A stretch of 64,000 bases of DNA from Acidobacteriota bacterium (lineage in GTDB: Bacteria; Acidobacteriota; UBA6911; RPQK01; JAJDTT01), in NCBI GenBank assembly GCA_965209055.1, contig OZ242374.1, forward strand, positions 3,424,001 through 3,488,000. The letters are read 5' to 3'. The notes beneath the pieces are model-generated. The model was given only the letters and a program-made list of their open reading frames with translations, searched no databases and was not told the DNA's origin. Position numbers and translations under genes: made by a program. Positions 1 to 8,657 of this stretch are shown here, one piece after another (position 1 is the first letter of the stretch; each line of letters starts with the position of its first letter).

Positions 1-2
1 GC

Positions 3-308
3 AATCGGGATGCACTGGGAGCCTGGGTCGGAGTGTTCCGCGAAGGAGGGCCGACCCTCTGGCGCCGGGTCCGGACCGACGGCAGCTATGCGTCGTCCAA
101 CGATCCCCGAATCCTCGTGGGATTGGGCGATTCCGCCAAAGTGATCCGAGTCCGGGCTCACTGGCCCAGTGGTCTCGCGGAGGAGTGGACCGGCATCGAA
201 GCAGGCCGTTACGTCACGCTCGACGAGGGAAGCGGGGAAGAATGGAACGTTACAAGAAAGGAGCGGAACCACAATGACACTCACAGGAAGGAAATCGAAA
301 TAAATTAG
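3..308 (+). CDS. CRTAC1-family protein, C-terminal ASPIC/UnbV domain (5'-truncated by window edge)
   Basis: Frame open from position 3: NRDALGAWV...RVRTDGSYASSNDPRILVGLG...VRAHWPSG, the typical UnbV/ASPIC signature (GSY.S....R...GLG...WPSG). Confidence 0.85.
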   Translation, partial: NRDALGAWVGVFREGGPTLWRRVRTDGSYASSNDPRILVGLGDSAKVIRVRAHWPSGLAEEWTGIEAGRYVTLDEGSGEEWNVTRKERNHNDTHRKEIEIN

Positions 309-536
309 CCGGACTTATCCCCCTCTCACCCGCCAATCTATTGCCTGAAATCTCGACCTGAAATTGCCAAATTACAGGTGCATTGCGACTAATGTCATAA
401 ACGGAGGATGCCAGGGACAGGCGCAGTCCCGGGACACTTCGGCCTCTGTCCGGTCGGTGTTTTGGAAAACAATAAACAGTCCAAACTACTACAAAATAAG
501 GAGAATTTCCATTGGGGAAAAGTGAGGGGGAAAACC

Positions 537-700
537 TTGTCCGAAAGGGGACTTCTGGTGTATGGTGGGGTCGTGGGTGAGCCCGCCGGGTGCTGCAACA
601 CCCTGCGGGCTCTAAACCAACTCGTCCTATGCTGGAGGAAGAGCCAGCCTGAGTCTTATTCTACTCGACCCGGAATCCGGTTTCAGTCCAGCATAGGACG
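537..700. promoter_or_regulatory. Opposed sigma70-like promoters, GC hairpin and 14-bp inverted repeat (putative cis-antisense RNA unit)
   Basis: + strand TTGTCC-N18-TATGGT (537-566); hairpin GAGCCCGC..GCGGGCTC (579-612); perfect IR CGTCCTATGCTGGA (623-636) / TCCAGCATAGGACG (687-700); - strand CTGAAA-N17-TAGAAT (686..658). Confidence 0.45.
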
Positions 701-997
701 TCCTCTCGAATATGGTGGCAGGAAAAGTGCCCGTTTGTCTCCGATTGGCGGCGTCATCTTCAAGATCGACTGCCGGGGCGTTCGGGAACCTGCACTGGAG
801 GTGGCCGTTACGGGCTCCTCACGGTGTCACTCCTTCTGCAAGAAGCCGGCGGCGAATCGATTAGTTCGGCGCCGGTATCACCGACGGACCAGATCCACAC
901 ACAACCTGGAGGAATGACGCCGGCTGTTCTGGTAGAGCCGGCTGAATTGGGCCGGAGACGTTGGTTGAGTCGACCGGACGCTGAATTGACAGTAGGG

Positions 998-1258
998 ATG
1001 ACGGCAATGTCGGAGAATCGAATGTTGTTCGGCTTGGATGACATCCAAGCCATCCGCCTGGTCTGCCTCAGTTGCAACGAAGAGATCCTCTTCCCGAAAC
1101 ACATTCCGGCAAGGGATCATTGTCCCCACTGCGACGTCCGGTTAGACGCGAGAGGCCTGGAACCGGTCACCGAGCTGAACCTGGCGCGGATCATCCGGCA
1201 ACTCACTCAGGATCCAAGCGGGCTCCTGGACATCCGATTCGAGGTCATGGATCCGTGA
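998..1258 (+). CDS. Small zinc-ribbon (CxxC...CxxC) hypothetical protein
   Basis: CLSC and CPHC pairs in an ~86-aa ORF; start probably ATG 998 or 1007 rather than the 824 track start. Confidence 0.6.
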   Translation: MTAMSENRMLFGLDDIQAIRLVCLSCNEEILFPKHIPARDHCPHCDVRLDARGLEPVTELNLARIIRQLTQDPSGLLDIRFEVMDP

Positions 1259-1365
1259 TCCGGTGCGGCAACTCCATGAGAGGGTGGTCCACGGATTGAC
1301 AGGGGCAATATGGGGATATTGCATAGCAGGCCAACGAAGACGAACCGGAGCCGGGAGGAGGAAGC

Positions 1366-2247
1366 ATGATCGGGAACTCGATCTCACGGCGCCGGCGCCG
1401 GACCGTGGCCGGGTGGACCATACTCCTCCTCGCCGGGAGCTTGACGGCTCAGGAAGAAGCCTCGACGCCGCACCAGTGGACCAACAGCCTCGGAATGGAG
1501 TTCGTGCCGGTGCCGGCCGGCGAGTTCCGGATGGGGTCGGAGAGAGGGTTTGCGGACGATGACGAAAAACCGGTGACCCGGGTGAAGATCAGCCGGGGGT
1601 TTTACCTGGGGAAATACGAGGTGACTCAGGGTCAGTGGGAGACGGTGATGGGTTCGAATCCCTCGGATTTCAAGAACTGCGGTCGAGACTGCCCGGTGGA
1701 GAGTGTTTCGTGGGACGACGTGCAGCAGTTCGTCAGCAAGCTGAACGGCATGGAGGGAAGAGCGCGGTACCGGTTGCCGACGGAGGCCGAGTGGGAATAC
1801 GCGGCGCGGGCGGGAACCTGGACGGACACGCCTGCAGGAGACTTGGATCTATTGGGGCAAAACAACGTGCCCATGTTGGACACGATTGCGTGGTACGGCG
1901 GCAACAGCGGAGTGAGGTACGAGGGCGGGGTCGATTGTTCGGACTGGAATGAAACACAGTACCCGGCGACGCGGTGCGGGACTCATCCGGTGGGGAAGAA
2001 GGCTGCGAATGATCTCGGGCTGCACGACATGCTGGGGAACGTGTGGGAGTGGGTCGAGGACCGGTACGGGGAGTACCCTGGAGGCAGTGTCACAGATCCC
2101 AAGGGTCCTGCGACGGGTTCCCTTCGGGTCCGCCGGGGGGGCGGCTGGAGCCACGACGCTCTCGGCAGCCGGTCGGCGTATCGCGCCGGCGCCGCCCCCG
2201 GGAATCGCTATCACTACCTGGGTTTCCGCCTTCTGAGGGTCGAGTGA
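1366..2247 (+). CDS. Formylglycine-generating enzyme family (SUMF1/FGE-sulfatase domain) secreted protein
   Basis: Motifs F.MGS, GKYEVTQGQW, YRLPTEAEWEYAARAG, GLHDMLGNVWEW, RGGGW, GFRL; signal peptide; GGAGGAGG SD. Confidence 0.93.
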   Translation: MIGNSISRRRRRTVAGWTILLLAGSLTAQEEASTPHQWTNSLGMEFVPVPAGEFRMGSERGFADDDEKPVTRVKISRGFYLGKYEVTQGQWETVMGSNPSDFKNCGRDCPVESVSWDDVQQFVSKLNGMEGRARYRLPTEAEWEYAARAGTWTDTPAGDLDLLGQNNVPMLDTIAWYGGNSGVRYEGGVDCSDWNETQYPATRCGTHPVGKKAANDLGLHDMLGNVWEWVEDRYGEYPGGSVTDPKGPATGSLRVRRGGGWSHDALGSRSAYRAGAAPGNRYHYLGFRLLRVE

Positions 2248-2372
2248 TCCGTCCCTGCCGCGCCGGGATGCCGTCACGGCATGGCCGGGGAACCGGTCCT
2301 GTCGGGATGGAGCAGGAGAATCCAACCGCAGGGTTAACAGCAAGGACAACCACGGAGGTTGCCCCTACTTTA

Positions 2373-2882
2373 CTATTCGCTCCACTCGAAATCGTGCTCG
2401 ATCTGGCCGCCGGTGCCGGTCTCGTTGAGCTCCAGGAGGTTGCCGTCGGGATCGTAGAAGAAGAGCACGTGCCAGTCCCCTTCTCCCGAGAACCGGACCG
2501 GAGGGGAAACGAACTCGACGCCCTCCGCCTTCAATCGTTTGTAGATCTCAGGAAGGTTCTCCACTCCGAAGCAAATGTGGGCGCTGGGCACGTGGTGGAT
2601 CTCGTATCTCGCCTGGGGGCTTTCCGGCGTCAACCACTGGATGATGTCGAAGGTCAACGCCACCCCTTCGTCGTTCCGGTCGTACCCCTGGACGCCCTCC
2701 GGTGCGCGCATGCGGTACTCTCGCATGTGGCAGCCCGGCTTTTTCACCATCTCCGCCACCGGACCCGCGATGTGCTCTTCCGGAGTCACCACCTCCAGAC
2801 CCAACAGATCGCGATAGAAGTGCAGCGATTTCTCGATGTCGCTCACCATGACGGCGATGTGGTCGATCTTCTTCACGTACAT
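2373..2882 (-). CDS. VOC-family (glyoxalase/epimerase-like) metalloprotein
   Basis: DHIAVMVSD..S..FY..LLGL, HICF, FFYDPDGNLLEL. Confidence 0.9.
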   Translation of the reverse strand: MYVKKIDHIAVMVSDIEKSLHFYRDLLGLEVVTPEEHIAGPVAEMVKKPGCHMREYRMRAPEGVQGYDRNDEGVALTFDIIQWLTPESPQARYEIHHVPSAHICFGVENLPEIYKRLKAEGVEFVSPPVRFSGEGDWHVLFFYDPDGNLLELNETGTGGQIEHDFEWSE

Positions 2883-2946
2883 TCGATCTGACTCCTTTCG
2901 GTTCGTGTCTCCCGGACGCCGGCCTCGGAAGCCGTGCGTTTCGGGC

Positions 2947-3696
2947 TCACTTCGTCGTATAGCCTCCGTCGGCCACCAGAACAGCGCCGGTGACGAAGGA
3001 AGCGTCGTCGCTCACCAGGAAGAGAATGCAGTTGGCCACCTCGTGCGGGTCGGCGAACCTCTCCAGCAGATTGCTTTTGCGATAGGGCGCCAGGTGTTCC
3101 TCCGGCACGCCGTCCAGCATGGGCGTGTTCATGGAGCCGGGGCAGACCGTGTTCACCCGGATCCCCTCCAGGGCGTGGTCATGGGCCATGCACTTGGCCA
3201 GACCGATCAAGCCGTGCTTGGAGGCGTTGTAGGAAGCCTGTTCCGCGTTGGACACCACGCCGGAAAGGGACGAGATGCAGACGATGTTCCCCGATTTCTG
3301 CTTGCGCATCTGCCGGATGGCGTACTTGGAGCAGAGGAACGGGCCCTTCAGATTGACGCCCAGGACGAAGTCCCAATCCTCCTCGGTGGTCTCGGGAACC
3401 GCCTTCTCCACCTGGACGCCGGCGTTGTTGATGAGGATGTCGATCCGGCCGAAGCGGGCGACGGCCGCATCCATGAGGTTGCGGGCGTCCGTGGCCGATG
3501 AAACGTTGGTTTTGACGAAAAGGGCTTCGGTTCCGGAATTCCGGAGAGATTGGACCACTCCTTCTCCGGCCTCCAGGTTGATGTCCGCAATGACCACTTT
3601 GGCCCCTTCGGCCGCAAAAATCCTGGCCGTAGACTCCCCCAGGCCGCTGCCGCCGCCGGTGATGACCGCCACCCTGCCGTCCAGTTTTCCGGGCAT
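2947..3696 (-). CDS. SDR-family NAD(P)-dependent oxidoreductase
   Basis: TGGGSGLG, NNAG, YNASK, DGG; start trimmed to ATG 3696 (MPGKLDGRVAVITGG). Confidence 0.93.
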   Translation of the reverse strand: MPGKLDGRVAVITGGGSGLGESTARIFAAEGAKVVIADINLEAGEGVVQSLRNSGTEALFVKTNVSSATDARNLMDAAVARFGRIDILINNAGVQVEKAVPETTEEDWDFVLGVNLKGPFLCSKYAIRQMRKQKSGNIVCISSLSGVVSNAEQASYNASKHGLIGLAKCMAHDHALEGIRVNTVCPGSMNTPMLDGVPEEHLAPYRKSNLLERFADPHEVANCILFLVSDDASFVTGAVLVADGGYTTK

Positions 3697-3905
3697 GCCG
3701 TGTTCCTCTTTTCGCGCCGCTTGCCCCCGTTCGATGAGGCGCTCCGGTTGAATGGGTTCGACTCCCAGACCGGTCCCCCCGGCCCCTTTGGCCAAGCCGT
3801 CCCGGACTCGACCCAAGGTATTGAATCCGGTGCCGTGAGGCAAGCGCGTCACGGTTTCGGGCGATCTGCAAAGGCCTTCCGAATCATGGTAGTGTCCCGC
3901 TCGTT

Positions 3906-4883
3906 GTGACTCGATGCCTGGCGTTCCTTTTCTCTCTGTTGCTGTTCTGTTCGTGCGCTGCCCCGGGTCCCGATACCACCGCCGACGGCCGCCTGAGGAT
4001 CGCCTTTATCTCCAAGTCCTACACCGATCCCTTCTGGCTGGACGCCATCGACGGCGCCCAGCGGGCGGCCGAGGAGAGCGGCGTGGAGCTGCTGCTTTAC
4101 GCCGCCAAGAGCGAGACTCACGTCGTGGAGCAGGTCCAGATCGTGGAGAACATGATCCAGATCGGTGTGGATGGCATCGTCTTGGCGCCCTGCGACTCCA
4201 ACGCCCTGGCGCCCGCCGTGTTGAAGGTGAACCAGGCCGGGATACCGATCACCGTCATCGACACCGGGATCAGCGAAGGAGCCATCGTCACCTTCGCGGC
4301 CACCGATAATGTCCTCTGCGGCACCATGGCCGCCGACCGTCTGGCCGACCGCCTGGGCGCGCAAGGGAAGGTGGGAATCATCGCGTGTCCACCCAACATT
4401 CTGCCCTGCCGGGAAATCCTGAAAGGATTCGAGGAGGGGCTCGGCAAATATCCCGGTTTGGACTTGGTGGGATCTCCCCTGGGGGTCCCGTTTTGCGACC
4501 AGTCCTTCAACGCCACCACCGATCTGCTGACGGCGCATCCCGATCTGGACGGTCTCTACATCATCGGAGGTCCCGCTGTGCTCTGCGCCGTCCAGGCGGC
4601 CGGCGCCTTCGGAAAAAACCTCGGCGGCGACCTGATGGTGGTGGGCCGCGGCTCCATCGGCAAGGCGGGGATGGGCGAACTGGAGGCGGTCAAGCGTGGC
4701 GAGATCGACGCCATGGTCGCCCAGTTTCCGGCCAAGATGGGCTATTCCGGCGTCGACAGCATCGTCAGGTACCGCCGGGGAATCGAATCCCCGCCATTCA
4801 CCGACACCGGCGTCGTGGTGGTGACGAAGGAGAACGTGGACGAGTTCATCCGGCAGATCGAGAGCGGGGAGCCGCTCCTGTGA
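3906..4883 (+). CDS. Sugar-type ABC transporter substrate-binding lipoprotein (RbsB/Peripla_BP_4 fold)
   Basis: Lipoprotein-like N-terminus (LLLFCSC), PFW, GVDGIVLAP, GIPITVID, ATDN, Q.P..MGY, TDTGVVVVTKENV. Confidence 0.88.
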   Translation: MTRCLAFLFSLLLFCSCAAPGPDTTADGRLRIAFISKSYTDPFWLDAIDGAQRAAEESGVELLLYAAKSETHVVEQVQIVENMIQIGVDGIVLAPCDSNALAPAVLKVNQAGIPITVIDTGISEGAIVTFAATDNVLCGTMAADRLADRLGAQGKVGIIACPPNILPCREILKGFEEGLGKYPGLDLVGSPLGVPFCDQSFNATTDLLTAHPDLDGLYIIGGPAVLCAVQAAGAFGKNLGGDLMVVGRGSIGKAGMGELEAVKRGEIDAMVAQFPAKMGYSGVDSIVRYRRGIESPPFTDTGVVVVTKENVDEFIRQIESGEPLL

Positions 4884-5683
4884 GCGTGCCGGAAAGCGTC
4901 CCCGGAAGCGCGACCGCTCTCCCTGCCCGGGGGGAAGCCGGGTCAGCGCTGCTGGAGGCGGTGGGCGTCACCAAGCGATTTGGCGCGCTGACAGCGGTCG
5001 ATGGAGCCGGTCTCACGGTCGGGCGCGCCGAGATCGTCGGCTTGGTCGGCGGCAACGGGGCCGGAAAATCGACGCTGATCCACCTCATCTCCGGCGTCGA
5101 TCGACCCGATGGGGGACAGTTCCTCATGGAGGGCCGCCCGCTTCGACCGGGAAGTCCCGCCGAGGCCCGTCACCACGGAATCGAGACCGTATACCAGGAC
5201 CTGGCGCTCCTGGGTGAGCTGGACGTGACCGCCAACATCTTTTTGGGACGGGAGTGGCGTCGGGGCGTCCGGGGGCTCCGCTGGCTGGCGGAGAAGTCCA
5301 TGAGGACCAGAGCGGAGGAGTTGATCCGCGAGCTCGGCTACGACTTCGGCGCCGCAACCCGGGTCCGCTACCTTTCGGGGGGACAGCGGCAGGCGGTGGC
5401 CCTGGCCCGCGCCCTTCTGGCCCGCGCCAAGCTCATTCTCATGGACGAGCCGACAGCGGCTCTGGGAGTCGCGGAGACCCGAAAAACGCTGGATCTCATC
5501 CGGAAGTTCCGGGACAAGGGGGTCTCCCTGATCGTGATCGGTCACGAGTTGGAGGACATCTTCTCCATCGCCGACCGGATCGTGGTCATGCGGAAGGGGG
5601 CGACGGTGGCCGACCTGAGGACCCGTTCCACGAATCAGGACGAGGTCGTCAGCCTGATGCTGAAGGGACCGCGTCCCGTCTGA
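4880..5683 (+). CDS. Sugar ABC transporter ATP-binding protein (single domain)
   Basis: GGNGAGKS, GIETVYQDLAL, LSGGQRQ, LILMDEPTAALG; GTG start overlapping the upstream stop (GTGA). Confidence 0.92.
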   Translation: MSVPESVPGSATALPARGEAGSALLEAVGVTKRFGALTAVDGAGLTVGRAEIVGLVGGNGAGKSTLIHLISGVDRPDGGQFLMEGRPLRPGSPAEARHHGIETVYQDLALLGELDVTANIFLGREWRRGVRGLRWLAEKSMRTRAEELIRELGYDFGAATRVRYLSGGQRQAVALARALLARAKLILMDEPTAALGVAETRKTLDLIRKFRDKGVSLIVIGHELEDIFSIADRIVVMRKGATVADLRTRSTNQDEVVSLMLKGPRPV

Positions 5684-5696
5684 AGTTGACTTCATC

Positions 5697-6704
5697 GTGA
5701 ATTTGAGAGGCTTCCTGCCAGATTTCATCTCCGGCTCGAGGGGCACGGGACTCCCTCGAGGATTGCTGAGGCTCACCCGATTCAAGGCGTTGCTTGTGGC
5801 CACCCTCATTCTGGTGGCCGTGGTGTCCATGATCTCCCCGGTCTTTCTCACCACCCGCAATTTCCTCAACATCCTGGAGCAGCTCTCCATCAACGCCATC
5901 GTCGCAGCCGGTATGACCTTCGTCATCATCGCCGCCGGGATCGACCTCTCGGTGGGGTCCATCCTGGCCCTGGGGAGCATGGGAGCGGCCGGACTCCTGG
6001 TCTCGGGGATCCCGGTTCCCGGGGCCATCGCGGGCGGAGTGCTGGTGGGAATCGCCGCCGGCGCGGTCAACGGGATCGCCGTGGCCTACGGCCGGATCCC
6101 GGCCTTCATCATGACCCTGGGAATGCTCAACGTCGCCCGGGGCACCGTCATGTTTCTCACCAGCGGCAACTCCATCGTCGGCTTCCCGGAGACTTTTCTG
6201 TTCCTGGGCAAGGGGCGCATCGGTCCGATCCCGGTCCTGGTGCTGATCACGGCGGCGGTCTACCTGATCGGCCACCTGGTGCTGGTGAAGACCCGCTTCG
6301 GCCGCTACACCTTCGCCATCGGAAACGATCCCGAGACGGCCCGCCGCCTGGGGGTTCGCGTCAAGCGCCACCAGTTTCTGCTCTACGTCCTGAGCGGCGG
6401 CCTGGCTTCCTTCGCGGGGATCCTGCTGGCGGCCCGCCTGAATTCCGCCCTGACCCTGGCGGGAACGGGGGCGGAACTCGACGTCATCGCTGCGGTGGTC
6501 ATCGGGGGGACGAGCCTGTACGGTGGCCGGGGGTCCATGCCGGGGACGCTGCTGGGCGTGATCTTCTTTCAGATCGTCCGCAATGCCCTGAACATCCTGG
6601 GCATCTCGGTCTTCGTGCAGCAGGTGGCGGTGGGCGCCCTGCTCATCTTCAGCGCCCTGGCTGATTTTCTCTACGACCGCTGGGGACGGCAGGAAGGGAG
6701 TTGA
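5697..6704 (+). CDS. Sugar ABC transporter permease (RbsC family)
   Basis: GMTFVII.AGIDLSVGS, IPAFIMTLG, TRFGRY..AIG, ELDVIAAVVIGGTSL.GG.G. Confidence 0.93.
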   Translation: MNLRGFLPDFISGSRGTGLPRGLLRLTRFKALLVATLILVAVVSMISPVFLTTRNFLNILEQLSINAIVAAGMTFVIIAAGIDLSVGSILALGSMGAAGLLVSGIPVPGAIAGGVLVGIAAGAVNGIAVAYGRIPAFIMTLGMLNVARGTVMFLTSGNSIVGFPETFLFLGKGRIGPIPVLVLITAAVYLIGHLVLVKTRFGRYTFAIGNDPETARRLGVRVKRHQFLLYVLSGGLASFAGILLAARLNSALTLAGTGAELDVIAAVVIGGTSLYGGRGSMPGTLLGVIFFQIVRNALNILGISVFVQQVAVGALLIFSALADFLYDRWGRQEGS

Positions 6705-6720
6705 ACCGGGTAACGGGGTG

Positions 6721-7509
6721 TCAGCCGTTCCCGGTCTTCCCGGATTGGGAAGCGCGAAAGGTTTCCAACGCGGACTTTGCCCCGCCGACAAGAAGGCTGT
6801 AATCGCTCCCGTAGCCCAGGAAGGTGAATCCCTGTTCCAGGCGGTGCGCCAGATCGTCCGGACTCCCAACGCCGATGCCGATGGCCACGCCGGTGTCCCG
6901 GCCCACCTTGAGAGCCTTGTCGATCACGGCGTCCGTCTCCGGGTGCGGCTGACGCCTGGGGTCCACGCCCAGAGCCAGCGACAGGTCCCACATGCCCATG
7001 TAAAGCAGGTCGACTCCCGGCACGGACGCGATCCGCTCCAGGTCCTCCACCGCCTCGGCCGTCTCCAGCAGCAGGCCCACCAGGATGTTCTGGTTGGCCC
7101 GTTCCAGGTAGTCGTCGTAGTCGAGGGTGTAGCGGGACGCCCGCAGGGGACCGAACCCGCGGTTTCCCTCCGGCGGATAACGAGTGGCGGCCACCACCGC
7201 TTCCGCCTCCTCCACGGTCTTCACCATGGGGACGATGATCCCCATGCCGCCGATATCCAGAGCCTTCTGGATGGCGAACAGGTCCGAGGGCGGCACCCGG
7301 ACCATGGGCATGGCGCCGGAGCCGTCGATGGCCATCAGCATGCGCTCGACCTGGGCCGAATCCAGGGCGTTGTGCTCGGTTTCGACCAGCAGCCAGTCGT
7401 AGCCGCAATAGGCCAGCAGTTCGGCCACGGGGGGACTACCCAGTCCCAGAAAACAGCCGACGGCAGTCTCTCCCGCGATGACCTTCCGGCGAATCCGATT
7501 TTCCTGCAT
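6721..7509 (-). CDS. HpcH/HpaI aldolase/citrate lyase family protein
   Basis: GYDWLLVETEH, VRVP, ALDIG.MGIIVPMV, RYPPEG.RG, LLET..AV, G.WDLS; start at ATG 7509. Confidence 0.9.
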   Translation of the reverse strand: MQENRIRRKVIAGETAVGCFLGLGSPPVAELLAYCGYDWLLVETEHNALDSAQVERMLMAIDGSGAMPMVRVPPSDLFAIQKALDIGGMGIIVPMVKTVEEAEAVVAATRYPPEGNRGFGPLRASRYTLDYDDYLERANQNILVGLLLETAEAVEDLERIASVPGVDLLYMGMWDLSLALGVDPRRQPHPETDAVIDKALKVGRDTGVAIGIGVGSPDDLAHRLEQGFTFLGYGSDYSLLVGGAKSALETFRASQSGKTGNG

Positions 7510-7591
7510 GTCAGGGAGCCTCCGTTGAGAATCGGTCCGCAGAAGATATGGGACCGGGAGAGGTGTGTCAAAGCCGTCCGGGTCGACCGCT

Positions 7592-7614
7592 GAGTGGCGT
7601 CTTTCCAACCGCCG
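7592..7614. repeat. REP-like GGAG palindrome (degenerate copy)
   Basis: GAGTGGCGTCTTTCCAACCGCCG. Confidence 0.4.
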
Positions 7615-7677
7615 AAAATTGGCCCGTGCCGAATCGGGACCCCTGTTTTCCGGTCCGGTCTGCTGACAGTTGCCGGT

Positions 7678-8112
7678 TCATACCGGAATAATATGGACTG
7701 CGCTCAGTTCCTCCCGCGCCAGGAGACTGGCGAAGCCGGAATCGAATGTGGCCAACTGACCTCCATACTGAATCGCCAAGGCCAGGAGCACGGCGTCGGA
7801 AATCTGGCGATATCCCTGGATTCTCCTGAGGATTCCTGGCGGCAGATCGGCGATGGAACGATCCATGGGCCAGAAGGAATGGGATTCCAGTTCTCTGAGC
7901 TTTCCCAACAGCCGAATGGCATCGGAGGGTGTTGCTGCCTGTTTGACCGCGGACGGATTACATGAAACGCGAACGAATCCGGCTTCGGTCAGGGGACAGG
8001 TGGCCCATCCGTCGCTCCGGCCCCCCGTAAACCAAGACTGCGCTGCATCATGATGTACGTGGTTGGGCCAAGTCAGAGCAATGAGAACGTTGACGTCGAG
8101 CAAGCGGGTCAT
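7678..8112 (-). CDS. vapC: VapC-family PIN-domain ribonuclease toxin
   Basis: LLDVNVLIAL, H..H..A..WF, TCPLTE.GFVR, QISDA.LLALA, LATFD; overlaps the antitoxin stop. Confidence 0.92.
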   Translation of the reverse strand: MTRLLDVNVLIALTWPNHVHHDAAQSWFTGGRSDGWATCPLTEAGFVRVSCNPSAVKQAATPSDAIRLLGKLRELESHSFWPMDRSIADLPPGILRRIQGYRQISDAVLLALAIQYGGQLATFDSGFASLLAREELSAVHIIPV

Positions 8113-8333
8113 GGCCAATCGCTGAGGGCTCTTTGCACGTCCTCACTCGTGATCGGGTCAGTCCCGGCTTCGACGCGAAATACCGGAATGCCGTCATCAT
8201 CGCTGGTCCGGGTCCGCCTGAAGCCACGCCTCGCCAATACCGACAATGCGCTCCCGAGGCTGACTCCTTTCCTCGCTGCGAGTGCCCGCGCCACGGCCAG
8301 CACATCGTCATCTATGGCAACTGTGGTTCGCAT
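8109..8333 (-). CDS. vapB: VapB-type (RHH/CopG-like) antitoxin
   Basis: MRTTVAIDDDVL...SLG..LS.LARRG...ITSEDV; immediately upstream of vapC. Confidence 0.9.
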   Translation of the reverse strand: MRTTVAIDDDVLAVARALAARKGVSLGSALSVLARRGFRRTRTSDDDGIPVFRVEAGTDPITSEDVQRALSDWP

Positions 8334-8337
8334 AAGA

Positions 8338-8359
8338 ACATCATAACATCATCACATCA
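8338..8359 (-). promoter_or_regulatory. vapBC promoter/operator: extended -10 plus three TGATGT direct repeats
   Basis: ACATCA at 8338, 8346 and 8354 (8-bp period); the minus strand reads TG-T-TATGAT ending 6 nt before the vapB ATG (leaderless arrangement). Confidence 0.6.
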
Positions 8360-8657
8360 CCTTACCGAACCTTCGAGGCCTTCAGTTATCCGATTCGGTG
8401 CCACCAGCACTAATGGCTTACCAAGAGTACGGAAGAGAGAAAGGGGTTTCGAAGCGGGTGTGCCGGAGTCGGAGGCATGACGATTTGCCCGTTTGGGAGC
8501 CCGACGGCGTCGGTCGCGGCTATTTTGCCTGAGGGTCCTGCCTTATCATCTCATCGAGGATGGTTCCTCCTGGTTTTCTTGGAGTCACGCCTCGATTGAC
8601 CCGGGTTCCGTCGGCCGAGAGACCTGGCGGATTCCTGCCGGTCCGGATTGCAATGCC

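Noticed and set aside
408-917. 169-aa + strand ORF over the structured intergenic region
   Set aside because: No recognisable motif and it runs through promoter and hairpin elements; probably spurious.
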